DNA from: Takakia lepidozioides
Taxonomy: Eukaryota; Plantae; Bryophyta
DNA: 64,000 nt
Assembly (NCBI GenBank): GCA_030704615.1
Contig: CM060733.1
Coordinates: forward strand, 21,638,001-21,702,000
Direction of reading: 5' to 3'
The position numbers were made by a program, and so were the translations under genes. Positions 1-11,112 of the stretch are shown in pieces (position 1 is the first letter of the stretch; each line of letters starts with the position of its first letter). The notes under the pieces were generated by a model. The model searched no databases. It worked only from the letters and a program-made list of their open reading frames with translations, and was not told the DNA's origin.

Positions 1-286
1 ATCACAGGTTTTGAACCCTGTATGGCTTCCAACCCATGAGCACGTTCTGGTACATATAAAACAGCTCTAGCAGAACCCAACTAAAAACCATGTTTCTGAA
101 GAGCTTGTACAGGACATCTTCAATCCTTTTACATGTATTTCTCCATAGATATCAAATCCTCACCAGAGGTCCCTAGGTCAATGCTGCAGAATCACTTTTT
201 TAGGCATTTTAGCTCCAAAAACCAAACTTCTCAGTCACATCTTAAACGGAACCTACAAGATAGAAACAAGTGTCAACAGAACCAAC

Positions 287-3200
287 CTCCATGGCAGAGT
301 ACAATGATATCTGAATTGACCGCGTGAGCTGAATCTGCAATGGCCTGCACGCGTCTAACACTGTCATCCAGTGATACTGCAGTTTTCGCTCCAATGGAAC
401 CAGCAGTTGTTAGCCCCATGTGTGCAACCACAATGTCGGCCCCTGCCATGGCCATGGCATGCGCTTCATGCTCATTGAAGCTGTATGGGGTTGTCAAAAA
501 TCCCAATTCGTGCGCTTGCCTTATCATCAACACCTCAACTCTGCAGCCAACCGTCCAATGCATGTAAGTCATTCTCAAATCACCCAGAACCCTCTCCATG
601 ACACTACTTTGATAGCAGAAGTGTGCACAAGGGCTGGCATCCCTTGGGCATGAAACTTCAGTGGTGTTAATTGTACAGATCTCTTGAGACTCAGTGAATT
701 ATAAAGTAGCTTGCAAAGAAGAAGCCCTAGTTCTATGAACAATTTTCTGCTGATGGTGACAATTGAATGAGAGTTGAAGCTAGTTACCCATAACCCATGC
801 CAGTTTCCTCAAGATTTTGCCTGAAGTTACCATCAATGAGGCCAACAGTAGGGAAGTTTTGGATGCCGGAAAACCCAAGATGCTCCAGCTCACGCAAAAA
901 GCGGTCCATGCGGCGGAAGGGATCAGTAGCACACACCCCTGCAAGGACTGGAACCCGTTTTACCACCTACAATACATATGACCCACAGATATTCTCAACA
1001 ATTAACGATCCACCTCCAAAGTAACTTCACTGAAGTCCATTTCCAACTCTTCTCCAGTTATATTGTAGTATCAATAGGTAACCCATCTTTTCTATGATGA
1101 GATTTCCTTCTTTAAGTGGTTACGAGTTACAACTCCATGATTTGCAACTGGTGTACCTAAGCTTCCGGCAGCAATTCCACTCTGGGTGCCATCCTACACA
1201 AATCTCCATATGCTGCAGTCCTAAAAACCTCCATATGTAACAGTCACTCTTCTGGTGCCTTGCATGAATGTAGAGGGTGATGCTGACTGAAGTTAGTACA
1301 GATAACAGCCTCTTTCCCTTGCAGGTACTGCCCCCTGTCTGGGCTGCCCCAATGATTGTATTCATCATAGTATCGAGCCCTTCCAAATGTATTCAGACCA
1401 AAAAAGGACAAGCTAGAAACATACCGGCAAAACCTCACTTGCCATTTCGATCACCACAGCATTTGCATCTTTGAAGGGCATGAGACCTGACAATGAGCCC
1501 CTCCCAGCCATTCGGAAGCGTCCTGAGTTGTATATTACTATCAAGTCTGCCCCACCTTCCTCCTCAAACTTTGCAGATATCCCTGTCCCTGCCCCGGCAC
1601 CGATTATAGGGATCCCTTGCGAAATCTGTTTCCTCAATTTTTGTAGCACAGCCTGTCGTGAGCTCAATGTCTCTGGAGGACATAACATCACAACTACATC
1701 AGCAAACTTCGCTACAATCAATTATTGAGGATGAACAATGTTTGATTGCAAGGAAACCAATGGATGTTGTGCACACAACAGTCATTTATTACAGGCAGAA
1801 GTAGTATACACACTGCAATAACAAGAGCCTAACGAGCGAAACCTCAGGAAAATTGGAAGTAGCAAAATGCATAGAGTCAAGACGTGTGATATAGATAGAG
1901 ATGTGAGATAATTAAACTAAAGAAAGAGAAATAAAACACCCACTGAAAACCTACAGAGGTTATGGGAGCGAATGTGGACCTGGATTGGCGCGTGAAAAAT
2001 CACTGGGACTTCTAACACTCACTGGCTTGGCAGATTGAATCTTTGGCGGTGGACCAGATGCTCTTTCCAGTGGCTTGGTTCCAATGGTGTGGCCAAGAGG
2101 TGGGGCTATTTCCAAGTATGCTGAAACCAGAGCTTCAGCAAACTCAGGGTCGTTGATATGGTAAGGCAGTCGTTCCACCTGTTACAATATACTCCATCAG
2201 GTAGTCTTTAACAGGAGACATCGGAGTGATCTCAGGCAAATAAAGTTGGATTATGGTTGTAAAGCCCACCTGCCGTTCTGCAGTCTTTTCAATACACTGA
2301 TCAAGTTCCTCTAGTAAGGCACCTGTTGCTTCAGGGTCGTGGAAGGGCCTCCCTGAAACATCTATACCAGACACACCCTTTTCTGGCAACAGTACCCGCA
2401 CAGGAGAAACTGATGCATTCACTTTATCCGCTATGAAGTGTGCAATTTTGCGGCTCTCATCAGCTGTTGTCCGCATAATTGTGACCTGCAAGACAACAGA
2501 AAGTACCTAGCGTTTTCAGCAACAATGTCTTCCTCTCCCTCCAAACTCAAGCTTACGCTCTCACAATGATGGTTTCAAACAGAAAAAGTAAGAAACGAGA
2601 AAAAGTAAGTGTTTCCACAAAAAGAGAAAGAGAGACCACTACACGGTCAAGCACCTCCATCCCCACGCCCTAGATGCCCTGCAAGTCTACGAAGCATGCA
2701 TTGCCTTGAGTCTTCACCCTTGGGGAACTTAACTGGCATCCAACGTGGTATTTGCAAAGTAATGACAACACAGGAAATAAGATTGTTTTCAATGTTAATC
2801 TTAAAACTGGCATCTTGTGGCACCTATATAGTTAGCACACGCTGTTTTTTGTAAGACAGCTCCAAGATCAGGACACTTTGTTGGTTTGATCCACTAAATT
2901 GGTATTCATCTATATCCACTGGAATCAGATTGACAAAACGGAGCCATAAAGTGGGTGAGGCTGTACCTGATGAATTTACAGTCTACCTGGTAAGGGAGCT
3001 ATGGATTAGTGGCATACGTAGGACGAAAGTCCGGAATGCATGAATTCCTAGGTGGTGTCCCCATTATATTCGTATGAGTTCCAATGTTTGGCACAAAGTT
3101 CTCCATCCTAAACCTATGCAGTCATCGTAGGTACAGTTTTAGGGCACAGACATATGCGACTTGCCCCTGGTTTACATATACCTTGAATTACTTTACTGTC

Positions 3201-6200
3201 CCCTCTCCAATTCTCTCTCTCATGGCTACTCTATCCATCTGCCATCCACCTTCAGCATGCATCTGCACACACAGAGGCCACTCAACACAACAACCATCCA
3301 GTGCCAAAGAGCATCCCTGCACCAACCTGGTCATTATGAATGTGAAGCTTTCGATGGGCAAACTGAGGCGGCACAGAGTCTTTGCATCCAAAGTTGACCA
3401 TATCCAAGGCCCCGACACTCAGCACAAGCGGAACCTGGCACTGCACAGAGGCCTGGAACCGGTTGGCACTGCAGGCCATTACGCCACCTACCACATAGTC
3501 AGCGACCTCTGTTGTCGTAATATCGATGACACCCTGTTCAGTGCAAAATGTTTTAGAACTCTAGAGGGCCTACTGGTCTTTACAGTGGTTCCAAGAAAGA
3601 CCCTCCTGCTTTAATTTCCCCTTTATCACCATTCCAGAGCACACACTTCTGATCTCCATTTGGCAACAGGTTAAGTACTATTTAGCCACCCAGAAAATTT
3701 TCCCCCATGCTTCCCTTCCCACCAAACAAGATGCCCATAAATGCTAAAGGGAATTCTGGAGATTTCGGTTAAAATACCTGTATAAGCCCTTGGGTTACCA
3801 ACTTTTCCATAGCGGCCCCGCCTGTCCCAGTTGCATGAAACACAAGAGTTTCATACCCATGCTTTTCCAGCTTTTCCCGCACTGCATCAACACATGGTGT
3901 GGTCAACCCAAACATAGTGAGTCCCACTGTGGGCTTCCTCTCTTGGGGTTCTTCCCCCACACTACTTGCAAACACTGAACTCGCCACCATGCCAGCTGCC
4001 GCTCCAGCAGCATTGGCCCACAGAACTTTACCCACACTGTTGAGCCCTGCAATGTCAACCACTGATGGGAAAAGAACAAGATCTGAGGACTCTATGTATG
4101 AGGCTGTGTTTCCACTGGCAACTGTAGAGATCATGACTTTTGGGACACCTAGGGGGAGGGCCCGGAGTGCAGGGGCAATAAGAGAAGTGGCCCCGCTCCC
4201 ACCAATCCCAATGGCCCCGGCCAGTCTGCCCTTAGAATGTAGTTTAGTCAGAAGTTGCGTAAGAGCTAAGCTCATAGTGGTGATGGCTTCACTGCGCTCG
4301 CTGGGTACAGAAGATAAGGAGCACTTCTGGGAATCGGGGTGGTGAGAGAGCACTTCCTCATTGCTGATGTTGGCATGGTTCTTGCTACAAATCCTCTTGC
4401 AGTTGGTTGACACATCTACCACCACGACTTCCACCTGCACAGACGATAGCCGAAGTTAACATAATTGTGACGTAAGGGTGTGTTTGTTTGTGGGTGAAGA
4501 GCGAGTCTGAAAGACCAAGGGATCCCTCATCCACTGCACCCTGTAGACATTGGCAAGTACATATGTTCCAATGGGCCCTCGTTCTGAGGATTGGACTCAA
4601 CCCATGGGTGCTCACTACAAAGCCTGGAACCTGGAGCATTAATTTTTGGGTTCAAATTGACTTGTACTAGAAAACATAATGCAGATTCCAGAATCATGGT
4701 TCCCCGCACATAGAGGTAGAAGAAAGAAGAATTAAAGATTGTACTCATAAGACGTTGTTTGCCGTAGCCTTGTGGCCATTGACCCCGCGCCCAGTCTGAG
4801 TGGGAACAAAAGGGACAGAACCTACCTCTGTCAGGGGCTGACGTTGGTAGTAAGACTTACCTTCATATATAGAATTAATCCGGGTTTTCCAGATATCCTC
4901 TAGAAATCCCTTCACACAAGCATCAATCTGCTGTGTGTGATTTGCCCAAAAACTAGGCCTCAGGAGGGCCTGGGCTTTTGGCTCAGCCTCGAGACTTTCA
5001 AAGTTGGTAAACAGGGGTACAGGCACAATTCCCTTGATAGATTTGAAGAGAGCGTCTCTTTGGTGAGAGAACCCCGGACAGTGTATCAGAAAATGAATAC
5101 TGTCTTCAGATTGCCCACACAACGGGCAATTGCACTCTCCCTTTCCTCTCTGCTTCTGTTTGCTGTTCAAAGGTAGGCTTCCTGCCCTGAGTTTAAATTT
5201 CAGTCTAGTGCCGAGAGTGGGTAGACCCTTGAGGTCATCCAAGATGTCCTCCCCCATGTCACTGACTGGAAACAAGTTCAGGGAAGTTTTCTGCCTAACT
5301 TCATTTTCATCAGACAATCTCATGGCAACAGACATGGCTTTGGACACTACAGCCTCTAAGTCAGATTTATCCAGCAGGGTCAAGACTTGCGGATCCAGGT
5401 CCAGGTCCTTGAGAATCTCCTCTACTCTCTTCTGCCAGGACTTAGCCTGTTTGACAGGGCGGTCCTGTTTCCAAGATATAGAGTCGATTAACTTAGGATA
5501 TCTGGTGTTGGGCATATGTTGCAGCTGACCCCACCATCTGACCTTGAATTCATCTCGTCGGGAGCTTAAGGACGGAATGCCAAACTCACTCCGAACCGCC
5601 ACATTGGCTGTTTTGGAGCATGCTGACATACACTCCTTAAGCACCCCCACTTGAATGGATTCTAGAGACTTAGCCTGGTTGGAGTTATCAACCCATATTG
5701 CAGATCCGTACTCCAAGGCAGGTCTAATAACGCGACAAAGCATGATTTTCTTAACCTCAGAGTTGACCCCTCTGTAGTGGAAAAATTTAGTGAGCCCCAG
5801 AGCTTTGCCCTTGCCAGTTTGAACAACTTTCCGGATATGTGCATCCCAATTACAATTGGAGGAAAACTCAACGCCCAGGTAAGTGTAGGAAGGGAGGACC
5901 GGGATCTCTTGGCTACCCCACTGCCACTTAAGATCACTTCCTCCCTCTCCTCTGTTGTTGAATGCTACCACTGCACATTTGCTGACATTAGCCTCTAGCC
6001 CCCAAAGATCAAAGTATCTCTTCGCGCAATCAATCAACTCCTGGAGATTGGTTGGAGTCTCCCCTATGCCTGCGAAGTCATCCGCAAACATAAGGGCTGG
6101 TATGGTGGTATCACCCACCCTTAACCCAAATCCCTCACTTTCCACATCCTCGAGGGTTGATTGATGAAAACATTGAAGAGCAGAGGGGAGAGAGTACATC

Positions 6201-9200
6201 CTTGAGCTACACCTTGGTCTATGTCAAAGAAGTTGGACTTCTGTCCGTTAACAGTGACACAGCTTTTGGTGTGAGCATACAAGTTGTGGACAACTCTCCA
6301 CATCTTTCCCTTGATCCCACAAGACCAGAGGCGGAACCATAGGCCATCTCTCCACATTGTGTCATAAGCCTTTTTGACATCCAGGAAAAAAACATAAGTG
6401 GGTTTCCCTTCTTTTTTCCTTCCCTGGATAATCTGGCTTAGAGTGAAGATATGATCCACACAGCCCCTGTTTCGCCGAAAGCCAGCTTGGCCTTCGTGGA
6501 AACAACCTCTAGACTCCAGATCAACCTCGAGACGAGTACTTATAACCCTGCAGAATGTCTTGCCAACAGCATTGAGGAGCGTGATGCCACAGTAGTTCCC
6601 CGGTTCTTCTCTGTCACCCTTCTTGTATAGATTGACAATGACCCCCTGTCGCCAGCGAAAGGGGATCATTTCAGTCTTCCAGATAAGGTTAAAGAGGAGA
6701 ACTAGGGCCTCTATCATGGGATCGCCACCGTGCTTGATAAGCTCGTTGACTACCATCAGGTCCACCAGCTTTATATCCATTTAAATGTTCAATTGCTTCC
6801 ACAATCTCAGAAGAACTAATGGGAGCGTTATAAGCCATTGAAATATACTCCAGTTCATCAGGGCTGTTTTGAATCATAGGAACAGTTTTTCCAACTGTGT
6901 CCCTCCATTCAGCAGAAGACCCCTCACTGTTAGACCTAGAAGTTCTGCCAAGGATACTGTAGTGAGTTTCAAAGGTTTTGACAATGTGAACCGATGAAGT
7001 CACCACTGCACCTTTAGTAGTCTTCAGCGCTTGTACTTGCTGACCGTTTTTCGGCTTGTACAAACGTTGAAGGGCCAACCAGAATTTCCTGTCATTACCA
7101 CCATGGTGGTTTGAGTTTATTTCACTGTATAACTTGTCCCAGTATAATTTCTTCTGAGACCTAGCAAGCTGATTGATATCTTTACGGAGCTGGTAGTACC
7201 TCGCCCACCATTCTCTGTTGGTTTTCAAATTGCAGCACTCTTTATAGAGGGCTTGTCTCTCAGCTATCTTGAGTTTAATCTCATTGGTCCACCAATTAAC
7301 AGCTCTACCGCAGACAATTAGTTTCCTCCCAATGATCTTGTCAGCCACGGAGGAAACGAAACTCTCCCAAGAGTCCACTGCTCTTTCGACTTCATTTCTT
7401 GCGTTATCAGAGCGAGACTGAAGTTCTTGGAGCGATTGGACAAAATGAGGGAGAGCCTCTTGCAAGGCCTGGACGTACTCAGCCTTGACCTCCTCATTAT
7501 GGAATTTTTCTATGCGCCACTTCCGAATCGAACGTTTCACAGATCTCTTGGTGTTGGGAAAACACCTTTTGATACCAAACCAGGAAGTGGTCAGAGGTAC
7601 CAATATCAGTTCTGTCGGTCAACACATTGGCACACTGGGGGAACAAATTTTTGTCCATTATGATATAGTCCACAATGGAATGTTCCCCAGTTTGGGATTT
7701 CTCACGAGTCCACTGCACTTGGTCACCTCTTGTCCTGTTATTCAAGGTCAAAAGCTGAAGCTCTTCCAGACAGTTAATTAACCGTCTGCCATTAGAATTC
7801 AGCTCGTCCTCACCAAAAGGCCCAATGATATCGTCCTGATGGAGCCCTTTGCCCACCCGGGCATTGAAGTCACCCAATAGCACCACCTGACCTTTGGCAA
7901 GGAACGAAGCACAGTCCAGCTTTACATCTTCGAAGGCTTTGTCTGCGTCAGCACTAAGGGTCCCCTCTGTGGGCATGTAAACACAACCCACAAAGAGGTC
8001 CTTCGTACTCATGCCGCCCTTCAGATTCAGTTTTAGCCAGATACTATGCTCGTACCTCAAACCCTTGTTGATAATTTCACAATTGTCAAACAAGAAATCA
8101 CGGACAAAGAATCCAACCCCTTTTTGACCGCGTTTGGCAGAGGCTGCCTTGAGAGTACACATCTTACCTGCCCATTTATAACCATTGACATCTCCAACCA
8201 GTTTATCCGACGTTTCCCATGTTTCTTGCCCAGCACAGATATGAATATCATTAGTCCGAAGAACTTGTCCCACTTCGAGCTGTTTCCTTTGGTTGGTCAA
8301 CCCTGAGAAGTTGAAAGTGGCCAGCCGCAAGCCAGCCCTTTGCATGTGAATTGTTTGTCGTCTAGGTAGCTTGTGATTGCTCCTGGACGGCCAACCGTTC
8401 TGCAAAGGGGGGACAGTTACCCCATGTGTAGATTTTGCTCGTCTTGTGTAAAATTTGAGGATTGGTAAACCATTCAGGGTACCAAATCCTTCAGTTACAC
8501 GACGCACAGGCTCCACACACATAGGGACAGATTGTCAGTCAGACTGCTTGGGGACAATTACCCCGTGTATAGATTTTGCTCGTCTTGTGTAGACTTTTAG
8601 GATTGGTAAACCATTTAGAGTACCAAATCCTTCAGTTACACGACGTTCAGGCTCTGCACACTTAGGGACAGATTGTCCATCTGACGGCTTGGGGACAATT
8701 ACCCCGTGTATAGAATTTGTTCGTCTTGTGTAAACCTTGAGGATTGACCATTCAGAGTACCAAATCCTTCAGATTCAGGACGTTCAGGTTCTGTACACTT
8801 AGGGGCATCTTGTCCTTCTGGCTGTTTGGATTCAACCTCATCCAGAGCATCAAACCGATTAGAAACTCTCAAGTTGAAGTCCTTGCCCTTGGTTGTCTTC
8901 CTAGAGCGCCCCATTGAATCACCAATGTCTAAGACCGCTCTCCAGCCAGTCAAGGGACGAACTTCTTTGAGATTGAATTGATGTGGGACTCTATTAGAAG
9001 CACTTTTGGTCATTGCAACCTTCAACGTACCCCTGTTATCAAGTCTCGAGATGGAACAATTAGCCATGAAATCCAAGCCTAAGCTAGAGCATGTAGTTTT
9101 AAAGGACACATCGTCCATCCTGGGATTCACCCCAAAAACTACACATGAAGCCCTAGATTTGGCATAAGTAACCAAATCCCAGGAATCACCCTGAGGAGTG

Positions 9201-10467
9201 TTGATGTTGATAGGAGCTAAAATTTTGATTGTAGTCGCAGGCTAAAAGTTTAAGCACAGGAACCAACCCGAGCCCAAGTGCCGAGTATGCTAGACAGAGC
9301 ATACGACTGCCCAATTTGGGCGGAGGGGCTGCCCCCAAGCGGTAGGGGTCCGCTTGTTACCATTCAGAGATCACACTCCAGGGAGTTGCAGGGAATGGCC
9401 CGTGTAGGCATATTCTAAAGAGGGAAAGGCCCCAAGCTTTCCAACTAAATCCAATGCACTACCTTACCTGGAGCAAAGCGCTTCAGGTCGAAACAAACAA
9501 GGACACGAGGTCACAAGGCCGGCATTTAGTCACAGAGACATTAATGTACTCCCATATCAAGTCCACCCAATGGCAATAGGCTTCCTAGAGGACAGGGAGG
9601 AAAAGAAGAATTAAAGAAAAGGAATTGAAGTCTCCATAGGAGGAGGGCTTCTATCAAGAGTTGCCCTTACCAACCAAACTCTCAAACTAACCGGTATCAC
9701 CTTCAACCTTCAGATTCTTTTTGCGACAGCACAGTGGTAAGTTCCTCCATGCGTGCACTTGGGACTCATGTGACATTTGGATTTGTGACACAAATGGGAG
9801 GTCCGACAGCCATTGCAGGCCCTAAGAATCATCACGCAGGAGGGAGCAGGTTATTTCTAGCAGGGTCAGCGCCACTATGCTGGACCATCTGTGTGACAGC
9901 AGAGAACTACACACATGACAGTAGATTATTTTCCAACCCCTGCGCACTGTATGGTGTTTTGGCTTTTGCATGGGGGAGTCGAAGACGAAGAAACCAATTG
10001 CTGGTGCCATTGTAGTAATAAGGCCCAATCCGATCAGCTGCAAGCAGTGCCTACCTAATACTCCAATGGACTCCTGATAATGCTACATACTGAGAACACA
10101 CTCCGTTGTGACCACTCCATTCGACTATCTTCAGACCTCATTTGTTCATATCAGCTACCTTGTGACCGGAATGCCACACCAGTTTCTTACTTCCCTGACT
10201 AAGTCCTTCAAAACCAACTAGGCTCCATGCCTTTCGCATGAAGATTCCCATGAGCAATTATGCTACGCGAGGGACAAGACAGCTTATATAATCCTTCCGC
10301 AATTGAGAAAAACAACAACAATGAAGGCATACCGATAACGACGTAGGTAAGAACCGAGATAGAGCCGCTGACAGGCATTCAGAGACGTAATGAAGCTCCG
10401 GGCCCTTGGTGTCCAGAGTGCCAATGCAATACAGGGTGCGCTGGGCTACCCCTCCTCTCTCCGGCAT
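287..10467 (-). CDS. Tm-1: Tm-1-like protein (UPF0261 N-terminal domain fused to a TIM-barrel domain); 3' end lies beyond the window start
   Basis: Phase-consistent GT-AG exons: 10467-10333, 4434-3778, 3533-3327, 2485-2270, 2178-1980, 1672-1425, 966-788, 540-287. Motifs [99 protein letters not shown]. Intron 1 (~5.9 kb) contains a LINE. Confidence 0.93.
4745..9241 (-). pseudogene. LINE polyprotein (N-terminal region, 47-aa repeats, APE endonuclease, RT, CCHC-like finger), broken by frameshifts
   Basis: ORF pieces 8699-9175, 7497-8522 ([31 protein letters not shown]), 6689-7603 (KAGGPDG), 6121-6780 ([27 protein letters not shown]) and 4745-6199 (LMFADD, YTYLGV, CPLC..HFLIHC). Confidence 0.9.
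8409..8815. repeat. ~3 tandem copies of a 141-bp (47-codon) unit inside the LINE
   Basis: GGGGACA(G/A)TTACCCC starts recur at ~8409, 8550 and 8691, a period of 141 bp. Confidence 0.9.
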
Positions 10468-11112
10468 TGTAATGTGTCTCTGTTTCCTCGACCAGAGAAG
10501 GAAGGATCGCAACTCAGCTCACAATTGAGACTGTGCAGACTCAACACTCAGCTCTTCCGTACGATGACAGTCAATGGTGCATGAAACGAAGCACATTCTG
10601 AAAAGGTTTTACTACTGACCTACCAAAATGACTGAAGTCTGAACCTAATGTCCAATTGTTTGGTAAATGGGTCGAAGGAAGAATTGATTATAATGGGCTG
10701 ATAGTTGTTGGAATTTCATACATTCACCACGATTTGTTCAAGGATTGGGCTTCTCACAGTGGGTCTGTCTCTGCATGAAGAAATCTTATGTCGATTATGT
10801 GAGTACATCAATCGTATGTCTGCAGTGCAGGAGAGGAGCAAATCTGGTAGATGCGGTGCTGGCTGTGGGTTTAAGGAATCCATGTCTAACTGCAAAAAGT
10901 GAGCAGCCTTCTGAAGGCAACTAGAATCTCCACAAATCAGCTCGACAACGGCTCGTAGGCATGTAGACGATTTGCCGGTTGTGCTGTGGAAATTATTGTT
11001 TGAGATCTTATAGGAATGTTTGTCAGGATATGGATTGAGAAAGAAACATAAAGATGCAGCAGGGGAAGGTGCGTGAGTAGTCCAAGAAAGAAGAGAGCAT
11101 CGATAAGCTGCG
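10468..11112. promoter_or_regulatory. Short head-to-head interval, likely a bidirectional promoter for Tm-1-like and TAM41
   Basis: Divergent ATGs are 645 bp apart. Two TGGGCT (site II-like) hexamers lie near 10694 and 10746. Confidence 0.5.

Larger units (their letters stand above)
4739..9601 (-). mobile_element. Non-LTR retrotransposon (APE-type LINE, RTE/RTEX-like by inference), 4.86 kb, in Tm-1 intron 1
   Basis: 16-bp target-site duplication AAAGAAGAATTAAAGA at 4723-4738 and 9602-9617. Encodes endonuclease, RT and a C-terminal Cys/His motif. Confidence 0.93.

Noticed and set aside
2960-3050. CTGATGA ... GGACGAAA resembling a hammerhead ribozyme core in Tm-1 intron 3
   Set aside because: Stem II does not start directly after CUGAUGA, GGAC pairs locally with GTCC, and no stem III or NUH site is evident.
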